Shown one piece after another: positions 29,741 through 40,436 of a stretch of DNA of 64,000 nt. The notes beneath the pieces were generated by a model. The model did not search any database. It was not told the DNA's origin and was given only the letters and a program-made list of their open reading frames with translations. Made by a program: the position numbers and the translations under genes. The stretch is taken from IMG/VR virus record IMGVR_UViG_3300029985_000038; one strand, 5' to 3'. Source of the stretch: an uncultured virus (IMG/VR IMGVR_UViG_3300029985_000038) (taxonomy: Duplodnaviria > Heunggongvirae > Uroviricota > Caudoviricetes). Position 1 is the first letter of the stretch. Each line of letters opens with the position of its first letter.

Positions 29741-30085
29741 ATGATTGATTCTGTTCTTGGTAAACAAGTTATATTAGATTTATATGATTGCAATCCCGAT
29801 ATGCTAAAAAAGGCTGATGTAGTTGAGGCGATTTTACGCAAGGCTGCTAAAGTTGGTGAATGTAATGTTGTGGCTTCTCATTTTCATCAATTTGAACCAG
29901 ATGGAGTATCTGGTGCTTTATTTTTGAGTGAGAGTCATTTAAGTGTTCATAGTTGGACTTCCGAAAAATATGCAGCTATAGATATCTTTTATTGTTCTGA
30001 TATAAAAGAACAAGACATGATTCATTGTTTAGCCACTGAGTTTGGTGCATCCAATTTCAAGATTCAGATTTTAATACGGGAATGA
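29741..30085 (+). CDS. speD: S-adenosylmethionine decarboxylase proenzyme
   Basis: FEPDGVS...LSESHLSVHSW...AAIDIFYC. Confidence 0.92.
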   Translation: MIDSVLGKQVILDLYDCNPDMLKKADVVEAILRKAAKVGECNVVASHFHQFEPDGVSGALFLSESHLSVHSWTSEKYAAIDIFYCSDIKEQDMIHCLATEFGASNFKIQILIRE

Positions 30086-30653
30086 CTGGCTTATGTTTTT
30101 CAATTAAGTCTGGTATGATTTGGAAGTATTTAAGATTTGTAAATCCTAAAGATTTCAAGTGTTCCAAAGCCTTTTGAATCATTTCGATACCTTTTTCATA
30201 AGTGATTTCTGCACCTGTTGAATCATCATAAAGATGTTGACTAACCGTGCTGACACCAATTGATTTTGCATAAAGAAATTCTTCAATACAACCAATACTA
30301 TATTCCCAACCATCCCTAAAGAAGATCATCCATACATAATCTTTGATTGTGGTTCGCCAAAACACCATATATTCATGTTGTCCCCAATCTTTCATATGTA
30401 AAGATCCAGGGCAAATAATAGGAGTTTTTGTTTGATTACGTAATTCTAATACTGTTTGTTCAGCTAAAAACAAATTGTTTTTAACAGCTTGATCAACTTC
30501 ATCTTTATCTTCCCATTCAAGTGTTGAATGATCTTTCTTGTTTAAATAAAATTCTAAGCCAGTAGTGATAGGGGTACTCAAATAATAAGCTTTTCTATTG
30601 CCTAAAATACTTTTATAAGCAGTAGTTGCTCCGATGATTTCTTGTTCAGTCAT
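30057..30653 (-). CDS. Nucleoside deoxyribosyltransferase-fold (DUF4406-like) protein
   Basis: YLSTPITTG...WEYSIGCIEEF. Confidence 0.5.
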   Translation of the reverse strand: MTEQEIIGATTAYKSILGNRKAYYLSTPITTGLEFYLNKKDHSTLEWEDKDEVDQAVKNNLFLAEQTVLELRNQTKTPIICPGSLHMKDWGQHEYMVFWRTTIKDYVWMIFFRDGWEYSIGCIEEFLYAKSIGVSTVSQHLYDDSTGAEITYEKGIEMIQKALEHLKSLGFTNLKYFQIIPDLIEKHKPVIPVLKSES

Positions 30654-30674
30654 AAATATTTCCTTTGTAATAAT

Positions 30675-31271
30675 CTAGTAATTTCTGCATTCCCACACGA
30701 TCATATTTCTATGGGGTACACAACCTAAGTCCATTTCATATACCGAAAATTCGATTACTGAATTTGGGTATTTATCAAGAAGTAACATTAAATCTTCATA
30801 AGAGTTTGGGCTTAAATATTCTTTTAGTATTATTATTACTTTCAATCCTTTAGCATTTAACGGATTATTACGCATAGCAATTCCCATTTTTGTTTTTTCA
30901 AAGGAGTACACCAAGTAATAATAATTAATATCTCTCATGATTTCACCTTGAAATATTAATCTTTCATCAGGAGCAGATTCATTGAATTGAATTAATTTTG
31001 ACTCAAAACCTTGAGAAACCCATAATTCTATTTCATCTGGGATGTTTTCTATTTTAATATTGTAGGCAGACCGCCCGCCGCCAGCTTTACCTTTGTAGCG
31101 CATAGAAACGGTGCCTACGTATTTTGATTTTAAAAGGTCTTCATAAGAAGACCAAGTTAGCAATTTGTTTCCAAATGCACCTTGGTAATAGAGACGGTAC
31201 ATCTCTTCTTTAGTCTGTACCGTCTCTATTTTTTTACCATGTAATGTTGATTGTACTGGGTTCATACACAT
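30675..31271 (-). CDS. Conserved hypothetical protein
   Basis: ORF track. Confidence 0.7.
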   Translation of the reverse strand: MCMNPVQSTLHGKKIETVQTKEEMYRLYYQGAFGNKLLTWSSYEDLLKSKYVGTVSMRYKGKAGGGRSAYNIKIENIPDEIELWVSQGFESKLIQFNESAPDERLIFQGEIMRDINYYYLVYSFEKTKMGIAMRNNPLNAKGLKVIIILKEYLSPNSYEDLMLLLDKYPNSVIEFSVYEMDLGCVPHRNMIVWECRNY

Positions 31272-31992
31272 TAATTATAAGTGTTTTTGAACCGTCTTGT
31301 ACGTCTTCATCTTCCAAGTTTTCATCTTCAGATTGTTGATGACATCCACAACGACAATTAGGATTATCTAATATATCACAAAGACAATCGCAGTAAAATT
31401 CTGATTGTCGGATATCAAATTCGCAGTCACACTTATGATCACATGTGCCAGCATAACAGCCACAGTGAATGCATTTTGATGATTCTTCTTCATCATCATC
31501 ATCATCATCATCGTCATCTTCTGTGTCTACAAAATATTCATTACAGAAGAAATCTACAAGATTTTCCGTAACTCCAAATAAATCAAAGAATGCAATTTCT
31601 TCAACTGGCATTTTCAGAAGATCATCTAGAGCGATCCATTTGTATTGATAACACTTATCAGGTTCAGCATTATAAAGTGTATCTAGTACAGAGTTGTCAC
31701 GAACCATATAGAGTCCATAAACAGTCAAATGGTAAGAGTCGTGTTCTGGGTAATAACAAGTATCGAAATCAATCTTGTAAATTTCATCTCTGTAGTCGCT
31801 CAAGTCAATACCGGTTTCCTCAACAGTTTCTCTTATGAAAGCATCTACAGGTTTTTCGCCTCTTTCAAGTCCACCACCAGGCAGACACCATTTTCCATCA
31901 TCAAAATTTTCGGTTTTTCGTTGCATCAACAATACTTCGTATTTATCGTTTACAATGAAAAGAGCCACGCCAGGTCTAAAAGTATTCATCAA
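31234..31992 (-). CDS. Nudix hydrolase with acidic, Cys-rich tail
   Basis: Nudix box GGGLERGEKPVDAFIRETVEETG. Confidence 0.9.
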   Translation of the reverse strand: MMNTFRPGVALFIVNDKYEVLLMQRKTENFDDGKWCLPGGGLERGEKPVDAFIRETVEETGIDLSDYRDEIYKIDFDTCYYPEHDSYHLTVYGLYMVRDNSVLDTLYNAEPDKCYQYKWIALDDLLKMPVEEIAFFDLFGVTENLVDFFCNEYFVDTEDDDDDDDDDEEESSKCIHCGCYAGTCDHKCDCEFDIRQSEFYCDCLCDILDNPNCRCGCHQQSEDENLEDEDVQDGSKTLIINVYEPSTINITW

Positions 31993-31996
31993 TTAA

Positions 31997-33970
31997 TTAT
32001 AGAACATCTGGTTCTAGTAATTCAACCTTTGGTTCGACATAATTCGGAATATTCTCTTTCATCCATTGTTGCTTGTTGAATGGTTGATTTTGACTTACCG
32101 CCGCATGTTGTGCATTCCATGCATTAGTAATATGATCCCCCATACCTCTACCCTGGAAATAAGGTGCAATATCTTGCTTTTTGACAGCAGACAAAGAGGG
32201 TCGTAAGTAGTTATGAAGCCATGCTTTACCACCTTCTTCGTCAGTGAATTGATTATTCAACCATGCTGCATCAGCAGCTTGAACAGCTTCTCCAATATGT
32301 TTACCTTGTGTACCAAGAGGATGTCCTTGATAATAAGGTTGTACGTGTTGTCCCTTAATTGGGGATTTTGGTAATTCATTATAATAGCCTAATTGTTTTA
32401 CATGTTCACGCATTTTTTCAGCAGCAGGATGAAGCCCTTTCGGTAGTGGTGGTCGTGAACTATGATCTGCTTCAAAAATATGAAATAAGGATTCATAATC
32501 CGCACTTCCAAGTTTTCTTCCAAGCTTTCTCAACCATGCAATTTTATCATTAACATTTGGATAAGTGATATGTGCAAGATGTTGTTCAATAATAGGTTGA
32601 ATTTTATCAATGATAGATTTTTTAACACCCATTTGTTCAAGAACTTTTCTAGCAATAGGTCCACCAGCAGGTTCATGCCCTGGTGAAGTAATTCTTTCCA
32701 CACCATTTTTAATTTCTCTTTTAGTTGTTACTGGTTTTGCAACATCATGAAGTAAAATGCCATACATACGCACTAATTGATCGTCTTCAGACATTGGCGG
32801 TAATCCTTTATATTTTCTTTCATTATTTTCTCTATTAATAATTTCTTTCATGTGCATCATGCCATATTGCACATGATCATGAAGCCAAATTTCTGGATGC
32901 CAATCTTTTTCCTGTTCAACACCACGTTGCGCTCCAAGTTCAGGAAATACAGTGTCAATACCTAAAAGATGCATATTATTAAAGAAATGAGAATAATCCT
33001 TACCCTTTAACATTGCTTTATTAAACTCTTCTACGATTCTTTCTTTCGGTAACATGGAATTATCATTTGGATTTTCTTTGGCATGATTTACATATTCAGC
33101 AATCATATCTCTAGACATTTCAGCAGTAGCAGGATCAATGGTAAAGCTTTTACCATCTGGGGTTTTTAATCTTGTGGAAAATTGTAACAACCTCCACACC
33201 CTTAGCAAGTCTTCACTAAAAGCACTTGTAGTCGCTTTTAAGACTCCATTATTAAGATCCTCAACTCCATTGTAATAATCGTGAATTTGATTATTTAAAG
33301 GATTAAAGGCTAAAGCATTAATAGTTATATCTCTTCTTCCAGCAGCTTCTTTTGGAGACATATTTGGATCGACTTCAACTTGGAAATCGGTGTGTTTAGT
33401 TCCAACTTTATTATCTCTTCTAGGAACAGAAAAATCATATTCAGGAGTAACATCTTCAATAGATTTCATATTATTAAGAATAGATTTTAAAACTGGGTCC
33501 TGAAGTGATGCTTTGTAATCTTTAGAATTTGGATTTAATGATTTAGCTTTTTTAATAAGCTCACGAATATTTTTTTGAAGATTTGGATTGTCAAGATCCA
33601 TTCCTTCATACGGTGTTCCTTGAAATACTTTTTGCATTGTCTTAACAACTTCAGGACTTTTAAAATTAATAGGTTCTGAAAATTTAATAACACCAAAAGC
33701 AGCCCCAACTAAATTAGTGTATCCATATTTATTTAATTCATGTGCTAGTGCTTCAAGATTAACCCCATACACTTCTACGTCAATGTCTTTAGGATCAAGA
33801 CCTAATAAAGCATCTCTTACAGCGCCACCAACAACTAAGCCTTTCTTACCCTTTTGATCAAGGTCTTTTAGGATGTTCATCAAGGAACTTGGCAATTTTA
33901 AATTGGGAAGTTCAGCTTGATATACACCTTCATTATTTGAGGCTATTAGTTTTCGATACCACATATTCAC
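31997..33970 (-). CDS. cca: CCA-adding tRNA nucleotidyltransferase with HD domain
   Basis: VGGAVRDALLG, DIDVE, RRDITINAL, FSEDLLRV, WHPE, LLHDVAK. Confidence 0.9.
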   Translation of the reverse strand: MNMWYRKLIASNNEGVYQAELPNLKLPSSLMNILKDLDQKGKKGLVVGGAVRDALLGLDPKDIDVEVYGVNLEALAHELNKYGYTNLVGAAFGVIKFSEPINFKSPEVVKTMQKVFQGTPYEGMDLDNPNLQKNIRELIKKAKSLNPNSKDYKASLQDPVLKSILNNMKSIEDVTPEYDFSVPRRDNKVGTKHTDFQVEVDPNMSPKEAAGRRDITINALAFNPLNNQIHDYYNGVEDLNNGVLKATTSAFSEDLLRVWRLLQFSTRLKTPDGKSFTIDPATAEMSRDMIAEYVNHAKENPNDNSMLPKERIVEEFNKAMLKGKDYSHFFNNMHLLGIDTVFPELGAQRGVEQEKDWHPEIWLHDHVQYGMMHMKEIINRENNERKYKGLPPMSEDDQLVRMYGILLHDVAKPVTTKREIKNGVERITSPGHEPAGGPIARKVLEQMGVKKSIIDKIQPIIEQHLAHITYPNVNDKIAWLRKLGRKLGSADYESLFHIFEADHSSRPPLPKGLHPAAEKMREHVKQLGYYNELPKSPIKGQHVQPYYQGHPLGTQGKHIGEAVQAADAAWLNNQFTDEEGGKAWLHNYLRPSLSAVKKQDIAPYFQGRGMGDHITNAWNAQHAAVSQNQPFNKQQWMKENIPNYVEPKVELLEPDVL

Positions 33971-34033
33971 ATATTATACCTGAAGGCAGTAAAAACCTGT
34001 AGGGATTTGATTTTCTTTCACGAACAGAATAAT

Positions 34034-34273
34034 ATGAATCGTGTAGCAGTAGCATTAACAATAGATGAATATGCAGCAAAGTGTGAAGCTAAAGGGTATT
34101 TACAAGAAGCAGATGCTTTAGAATACCTTTATCGTCATGTTGTTGCTCAAATTCAAGAAGAAACAGAAAAAGAAGTGGAATCTCAATTGGACATTGAAAA
34201 AGACCACAACGTTATGCTTTTTGATAAATCATTGAAGTACAAACAACAACCTCAAAAACCAGCAAAGGTGTAA
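34034..34273 (+). CDS. Small protein with A..(C/L)(D/E)..G...EAD motif
   Basis: Start revised to ATG 34034 after AGG-N17-CGAA. Confidence 0.65.
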   Translation: MNRVAVALTIDEYAAKCEAKGYLQEADALEYLYRHVVAQIQEETEKEVESQLDIEKDHNVMLFDKSLKYKQQPQKPAKV

Positions 34274-34274
34274 T

Positions 34275-34472
34275 TTGAATAGAATTTTTGTAATGGAAAC
34301 CATACATGCGTTTGCTGGTAAATGCGATGAAAAAGGTTATTTGGAGGAATCCGATAAATTACAAGAAATTTTAACAGATTTAGCTCATGCAAAAGGTAAG
34401 TCTATTAATGTTGCGGATATTTATAGAGCAAGAAATGAGGTCCTAAATAAAACCCTAGATGCTTTCCGTTAA
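34275..34472 (+). CDS. Paralog of 34034-34273
   Basis: Shared AxKC(D/E)xKGYLxExD. Confidence 0.65.
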   Translation: MNRIFVMETIHAFAGKCDEKGYLEESDKLQEILTDLAHAKGKSINVADIYRARNEVLNKTLDAFR

Positions 34473-35163
34473 TCTATGGTATACTCTGCGTATTATGAAT
34501 ATGATTGGATATAAGTTTCTAGATGAATCTCATTTGAGACGTTCTGCTGAAGAGTTAAAAATGGAAATTGGCGAAAGCCTTCCGCAATTTAAAAAGCGAT
34601 GTAAGGATTTAGGATTTGAATGCTGCGATGCTAAAAATGTTATTAATAGATATAAGGAGTTAACCACTACTTTAATTAAAGCAGACTTAAATGAAAGAAA
34701 ATTTAATTTTTCTGTGTTCTTACAGAATTTATCAGGAGATTTTAATAAGGCAAGTATTATCAGAAATTGTTCCTGTTTTTGTGGACAAGAAGTAATTTTA
34801 TTTGGTTCAAAAGAGTACGACCGTCGTGGCACATGTGGCGCACATTCGTATTTAGACTTTCAACATGTTAAGGAAGTGTCAGAATTAGATGGTTTTTTTG
34901 AGCAATATGATATTGTTATTGCTATTGACAATATTGAAAATTCTATCCCCATTCAAACATATGAATGGGATTATAATGCAAAAACATTATTCGTTTTTGG
35001 AGAAGAGTCGCTTGGAATTTGTCCTGAAATATTAGATAGGTGTCACACAACCTTATATATTCCACAATTTGGTCCGCTTCGCAGTCTTAACGTGAGTAGT
35101 GCTTCTGCTATTGTTTTTCATGAATATACAAGAAAATTTTATAAGGATAATGTTTTTATTTAA
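34459..35163 (+). CDS. TrmH/SpoU-family RNA methyltransferase
   Basis: N.ASIIR, VFGEESLG, IPQFGPLRSLNVSSA. Confidence 0.9.
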   Translation: MLSVNLWYTLRIMNMIGYKFLDESHLRRSAEELKMEIGESLPQFKKRCKDLGFECCDAKNVINRYKELTTTLIKADLNERKFNFSVFLQNLSGDFNKASIIRNCSCFCGQEVILFGSKEYDRRGTCGAHSYLDFQHVKEVSELDGFFEQYDIVIAIDNIENSIPIQTYEWDYNAKTLFVFGEESLGICPEILDRCHTTLYIPQFGPLRSLNVSSASAIVFHEYTRKFYKDNVFI

Positions 35164-35202
35164 AAATGCAAGATAATTAAAAATATTATTGAAATAATCA
35201 AT

Positions 35203-35475
35203 ATGCAAGCAGTAAGTATTGATTATGATGGTAGACCAGCTATTATGTTTCAGTGTCCAGGTTGCGAATGTTGTCATTGCGTAACCATAGATGAAAAGGG
35301 TTGGAAATTTAATGGTGATATGAACTGTTTGGACATATCACCAAGTATTATGGTTTCCAACTCTCAAGGAACAATGTGCCACTCTTATGTTCGCAATGGA
35401 AAATATGAATATTTCGCAGACTGCAAACACAAGTATGCTGGACAAACTATTCCTGTACCTGATTTTGACGATTAA
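35203..35475 (+). CDS. Small Cys/His zinc-binding protein
   Basis: CPGC...W.FNG...PSI...CHS...DC.H. Confidence 0.7.
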   Translation: MQAVSIDYDGRPAIMFQCPGCECCHCVTIDEKGWKFNGDMNCLDISPSIMVSNSQGTMCHSYVRNGKYEYFADCKHKYAGQTIPVPDFDD

Positions 35476-36146
35476 GCTTGTAAAACAACTTTAAATGATT
35501 GTTTTATTTTTTTGTTTACTGTTCCATAAGTATTTAACGAATATATTTGAGTTGGTATAGAAACTTTTTCAATAGATAAAACTTTATTGTTGATTAGTGA
35601 TTTCCACGTACCACGATTTTCAGATGTAGGATGAAACCTCTCAATACTGAAGTTTAATTTATCATTTAGTGTAATTAAGGTTTCTTCTTCATCGCTGTCA
35701 TGTATTAAATAATAATTTAAATATCCATCTATTATGATTTTATCATTCTTAAAATCGAAATCAAAATATAGACCTTCCACGTGTAATGATTGTTCTAAAA
35801 CATCGACTCTAAAATCGTACCATTTAGAAAGTCTACTATTACTAAATACAGGTTGGGTGTCCACTAAATATCTAGAAACATCTTGTTTTGATACTCTTGC
35901 TTTAGTTGTACATGCTTCATTTTTAGCTATCAGACTAAAAGAACCTGGTACCTTGTTTTTAAAACAGTGTTTCAATAAAAATTCACCATCTTTAAATGGT
36001 ATTTTATCTTCCGACACTATAAACGGTACAGATAAAATGGTTTTTTCATAGGTTTCCTCAAATTTGTCTAATATATAATTATTGCGATTGTATTTATAGA
36101 CAACATATTTGGATTTATTTTGTTCGGATAAACAATTTTCTTTCAT
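35472..36146 (-). CDS. Hypothetical protein
   Basis: ORF track; TATAAT upstream. Confidence 0.65.
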   Translation of the reverse strand: MKENCLSEQNKSKYVVYKYNRNNYILDKFEETYEKTILSVPFIVSEDKIPFKDGEFLLKHCFKNKVPGSFSLIAKNEACTTKARVSKQDVSRYLVDTQPVFSNSRLSKWYDFRVDVLEQSLHVEGLYFDFDFKNDKIIIDGYLNYYLIHDSDEEETLITLNDKLNFSIERFHPTSENRGTWKSLINNKVLSIEKVSIPTQIYSLNTYGTVNKKIKQSFKVVLQA

Positions 36147-36169
36147 GTAATTGATTATACAGACAAAAT

Positions 36170-37504
36170 CTATAGAATTTCAATCAAAGCTAAACCAGGT
36201 CGATTAGTCAAATAAAGCATTAATAAGCTTTCAAGCAAGAATCCAAAATTACGTTTTCTTTCATTAGGATCTGGATGCACAAAAGGAATATTAAATTCAA
36301 AACTTTCATAGATATACTCTACGTTGGCTTGAATAAATGCGGTAATTTCTTTAGCTATTTTCTGATGACAGATAAAGTTACCAGACCAAATAAATGGTTT
36401 ATTATGTTGCCTTGTCATATGATTAAATTCTTCTAAATCATTAAAGAGTTCTTCACCATCAAATTGTTTTAACCAAGAGTCCCATTTGGATTTATCTATA
36501 TGCGAACACCAAACAACATTAGGTGACATATTCAAAGAATGAAGAGTTTCTAATCTGTTTTGTTTATTAGGATATTTTTCGTTCCATCTGCCAGATACAA
36601 ATCCCCAATATTCATGTTCTGATAATTTTTCGTCATCCAAGGACATGTAAACTCTGAATTCAGCTAATTGATTATCTTGAAATTCTTCAATTTCTAATTC
36701 ATTCAAATTAACTTTAGTAATTCTATTTAATGTAGGAACCTTATCTAAAATAGCCTGATCATGAGATAATGCCAAAAGCTGAACATCATTAGTTCTTTGA
36801 CTTAATAATCCCATTCCAAAATATGGTTCCTTTTGGAATTCTGGATATTGATAAATAAATTCATATACAAAATCATGAGAAGCTTTCTTTTTGATTTCTT
36901 GCCATTTTTGTCCAACACCTGGAACAGCAACATTTGTGATATCGTGCATGGCAACATACTTAACATATGGGGCAAAAGCATCATAATCTTTACTCACATA
37001 ATCATAGTCATGATTGCCGTCAATTAATATAAGTATGTTGTGGTATTTTTCACTTAATTCAGATAGCAATTTAACTGTTTTTTGTCTAACTTCTGATTCA
37101 TCCCAAATGTAATAATGGGCATTTTCAGCTTGACAATAATCCCCAATCATTTCACCGTGTTTGACGATATCCACACAATGCGCTTCTAAGTTGGTGTCAT
37201 TATATTTATTAAACAATTCTCTTGTGGCGATGAATGTTCCACCACGATAAACACCATACTCAACATAACAGTCAATTGGTAAATTAATGACATGATGTAA
37301 GTATTGCGCAAATTGTTGTGGAGATTGCCAAATTTCTAATCCCTTACCCATATATGCTTTATGAATAATAGATTGTTGAAAATCGAATTCATTAGAACTG
37401 ACTCCCAAAAGGGGAATTACAAATTTTTCTAAATATTTAGCATCATTAAGATTTTCTTTTTTTACTTTTTCTAGGAGATCTTTATACATACATACCTTAT
37501 ACAA
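36170..37504 (-). CDS. Class I SAM methyltransferase fused to a second (glycan-related?) domain
   Basis: VEYGVYRGGT, IDGNHDYDYV..D, MHD. Confidence 0.75.
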   Translation of the reverse strand: MYKVCMYKDLLEKVKKENLNDAKYLEKFVIPLLGVSSNEFDFQQSIIHKAYMGKGLEIWQSPQQFAQYLHHVINLPIDCYVEYGVYRGGTFIATRELFNKYNDTNLEAHCVDIVKHGEMIGDYCQAENAHYYIWDESEVRQKTVKLLSELSEKYHNILILIDGNHDYDYVSKDYDAFAPYVKYVAMHDITNVAVPGVGQKWQEIKKKASHDFVYEFIYQYPEFQKEPYFGMGLLSQRTNDVQLLALSHDQAILDKVPTLNRITKVNLNELEIEEFQDNQLAEFRVYMSLDDEKLSEHEYWGFVSGRWNEKYPNKQNRLETLHSLNMSPNVVWCSHIDKSKWDSWLKQFDGEELFNDLEEFNHMTRQHNKPFIWSGNFICHQKIAKEITAFIQANVEYIYESFEFNIPFVHPDPNERKRNFGFLLESLLMLYLTNRPGLALIEIL

Positions 37505-38183
37505 TGATCTGCTTTTCGTGCCCTACTTTTATTGTAGTATCCACCCATATATCTATATTTTTTTCTTTTAGATCATGACAAAATCCAACATCTTCAGATG
37601 AAAAATCGTATGCATTACCTATATTATGAAAATGTGGTTTAAACCAAGGATATTCTAATTGTTCGATAACACCTTTTTTCATTAGCATCCACCCCATGCC
37701 AGTGTAATCAACCTTAATTAAAGGATTTTTAACCTCATAAGATTGAATTTGTAAATCAGATATTTTTAAAAACTGAAAAGTGCCGTGCTTTTGAAAGTAA
37801 GCTTCATCCCAATTTTTAACAACCGTAGTATGAACACGATCTTCCATTAAATATGGTCCAGCAAGAACTTGAACTTCGGGAAGATGTTGCATCTTATCCA
37901 ACATTCTAGTAAAATCATCAATTTGAAAAACCATATCAGAATCAATCCACATGATATAATCATATTTTAATTTACCCTGCCAAGGTTTTTGATTTTTACC
38001 TTTGAGAACATCGCCACCTAAACAAGATGATCGCGACCAATAAACAACAGGACTATACTGTGAAGATAAAACAGGTTTATAGCCTAGATTTTTTAAATGC
38101 GCAAATAAAGCAGTCCAAGAAATTAAAAAATTTCTACTAAATGTTTTACCAGGCACACAAAAGACAATGGTTGGTTGTTCCAT
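37497..38183 (-). CDS. GT-A glycosyltransferase-like protein
   Basis: WIDSD, TGMGW, SEDVGFC, GHEK. Confidence 0.75.
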   Translation of the reverse strand: MEQPTIVFCVPGKTFSRNFLISWTALFAHLKNLGYKPVLSSQYSPVVYWSRSSCLGGDVLKGKNQKPWQGKLKYDYIMWIDSDMVFQIDDFTRMLDKMQHLPEVQVLAGPYLMEDRVHTTVVKNWDEAYFQKHGTFQFLKISDLQIQSYEVKNPLIKVDYTGMGWMLMKKGVIEQLEYPWFKPHFHNIGNAYDFSSEDVGFCHDLKEKNIDIWVDTTIKVGHEKQIIV

Positions 38184-38343
38184 AGTTCATGTTAAAGAAA
38201 AACCACATGAAATATCATTCTCATTTTTGGCATACATAATAAGGCATTTAATAATTTAAGCTAGATAGTAGTATATAGAGATTAATCAAAAGAGGTAAAG
38301 AGCCGTTTTGTAACTTATTTATTTCTTCGTTTTATAATAACGT

Positions 38344-39522
38344 ATGGGATTGAAAACGAAAAAAATTGATAGTTTTACACAACATTATATTGAGGGATTG
38401 TTATTGAGCGACGGAAGTATGTCTTGCAATAATATATATGACCCAAAAAACGGAGCAAGATATTCTCAAGCTTGCATTTGTTTATCTTGGCTTGAAGAAA
38501 TTGCTAAGGTTTTAAACAATTCAGGTCTTAAAGCTACAATTGTTTCAGAACCTAGAGATGTTGGTAAACCAATATGGAGATTATATACAAATTATTGTGA
38601 AGCTTTAAGACCTATTTACAATAGATGGTATCATGGAAGTAAACAAGTACCTAGAGATATTGAATTTACTCCAACTTTATTAAGAAATTGGTATTTAGGA
38701 GATGGTTCATCTTGCCGTTCGGGAGCTAATTTATATGCAGAGGGATTTACAGTTGATTGTGTGGAATTTTTAACACAAAAATTATCGTTATATTTAGAAA
38801 GTCCTGTAACTCATACTAAAAATAATAATATATTTTTACCAGTATCAACTAGAATAAAATTTATTGATTTAATTTTACAGGCGAATACAGTTCCCGCAAA
38901 CATGGAACATAAATTTATTTTTAATGCCGATATGGTACAGCCCAATAAAGCTGTATTGTTTGGAGTTTCTGGTAAAAAGCGACATGGCAAAGATACTACG
39001 TTTAATATTTTGTCAGAATTACATAGTGATAAAAATTTCTATAAATTAGCATTAGCAGATCCATTAAAAGAAGAAACTAGTAGAATGTTGGCAAATACTT
39101 ATGTTAATTATGATATAGATAGTTTGGCATGGGTTGAAATTTATAAAAAAATTCGTTTAGAAATGGACTTAGATGAAACCAAAGAAGAATATAGAGGTAT
39201 TAATGCTTGGTGGGGAACAGAATTTCGAAGAAATAAATTTAGTCAAACTTATTGGACGGATAGATTATATCATAGAATACAACAATTATTAGGATCTAAA
39301 TGTTATATTGGTTGTACAGATTTAAGATTTCCAAATGAAATGCAATTGATTAAAGATTTAGGTGGGAAAACAATTAGGATTAATAATCCTAGAATCCCCA
39401 TTCTACCTAATGAGCATATAAGTGAAACTGCTTTAGATGATTATGATGGTTTTGATTATGTAATTACTAATGATGGTACATTAGAAGATTTAAAGAATAA
39501 AATAAAGGAATTACAATTATGA
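38344..39522 (+). CDS. LAGLIDADG-like domain fused to deoxynucleoside monophosphate kinase
   Basis: GLLLSDGS and WYLGDGS; then GKKRHGKDT, ADPLK, DLRFPNE, HISE. Confidence 0.85.
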   Translation: MGLKTKKIDSFTQHYIEGLLLSDGSMSCNNIYDPKNGARYSQACICLSWLEEIAKVLNNSGLKATIVSEPRDVGKPIWRLYTNYCEALRPIYNRWYHGSKQVPRDIEFTPTLLRNWYLGDGSSCRSGANLYAEGFTVDCVEFLTQKLSLYLESPVTHTKNNNIFLPVSTRIKFIDLILQANTVPANMEHKFIFNADMVQPNKAVLFGVSGKKRHGKDTTFNILSELHSDKNFYKLALADPLKEETSRMLANTYVNYDIDSLAWVEIYKKIRLEMDLDETKEEYRGINAWWGTEFRRNKFSQTYWTDRLYHRIQQLLGSKCYIGCTDLRFPNEMQLIKDLGGKTIRINNPRIPILPNEHISETALDDYDGFDYVITNDGTLEDLKNKIKELQL

Positions 39523-40109
39523 ACAAAAAACCAACTTGTATTATATGCGATTTAGATGGCGTCGTAGTTGATTCATCTTGTAGGCTTAAAAAATTAATTG
39601 ATTTTGCTGCATGGGATCGGGGTGATTTCAATGCCTATTACAAGAGTTATATCGGATATGGTTTAACTGTTGAAGGTGATGTTGCTCTAGAAGAAGGAAT
39701 TAAAGAACTCAAGTCAATTGTGGATCTTTACAATCCAGAAGAAATATTTTTTTTAACCGCTCGTGGAGATGTTGGAAGACCTTTAACTCTTAAATGGATT
39801 AGAGAACACATTTTTGCTGGTTTTTCTTCATCACATTTGATTATGAATCGTCATTTAGCGCAACTTGACCCTGCATGGGAATTTAAAGAAGGTGATCACT
39901 TTAGTCAAGTTGACTACAAAGAATATGAAATTAAAAAATTCATGGAAAATTATGAAGTCTTATTAGTTCTAGACGATCATCCTTCAATCATTGAAATGTA
40001 TGAAAGTTTAAATATTCCATGTAAATTAATTAAGTTTGAGAACGTTGATTGTGTAACACCAACTTCTAGGAGTGATAAAGCAGCACATGGTAACAAAAGA
40101 AAAAATTGA
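39519..40109 (+). CDS. HAD-family phosphatase (PNKP phosphatase-like)
   Basis: DLDG, TAR, K, DD motifs. Confidence 0.8.
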   Translation: MNKKPTCIICDLDGVVVDSSCRLKKLIDFAAWDRGDFNAYYKSYIGYGLTVEGDVALEEGIKELKSIVDLYNPEEIFFLTARGDVGRPLTLKWIREHIFAGFSSSHLIMNRHLAQLDPAWEFKEGDHFSQVDYKEYEIKKFMENYEVLLVLDDHPSIIEMYESLNIPCKLIKFENVDCVTPTSRSDKAAHGNKRKN

Positions 40110-40377
40110 TTACTTTCTACTCAAACCCATTGATTGGTTAGATGAAAATAGTTCAACCTGGTCTGATTGGTTGGATTATGCTTTACGACATGAAGATAAT
40201 ATCATAGACATTATTGATAATAATCGTAAAGACTTATCTCAAGCATTATCATTAATTAATCCTTATATTGTGCTATATGTAGGTAATGATATGATCATTA
40301 ATGAGTATGAACTGGAAAACACCTTGGTAGACGTAATAAAGTACATTACATTATTGGAGCAAGTCAAAGAAGACTAA
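40072..40377 (+). CDS. Hypothetical protein
   Basis: ORF track. Confidence 0.6.
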   Translation: MIKQHMVTKEKIDYFLLKPIDWLDENSSTWSDWLDYALRHEDNIIDIIDNNRKDLSQALSLINPYIVLYVGNDMIINEYELENTLVDVIKYITLLEQVKED

Positions 40378-40436
40378 TAAAAAATATAGACTTCATAGTT
40401 ATTCTAAGGTATAATAACGTTATATTAAGGAACATT

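Noticed and set aside
38344..38940. Intein
   Set aside because: No N-extein and no splice-junction residues
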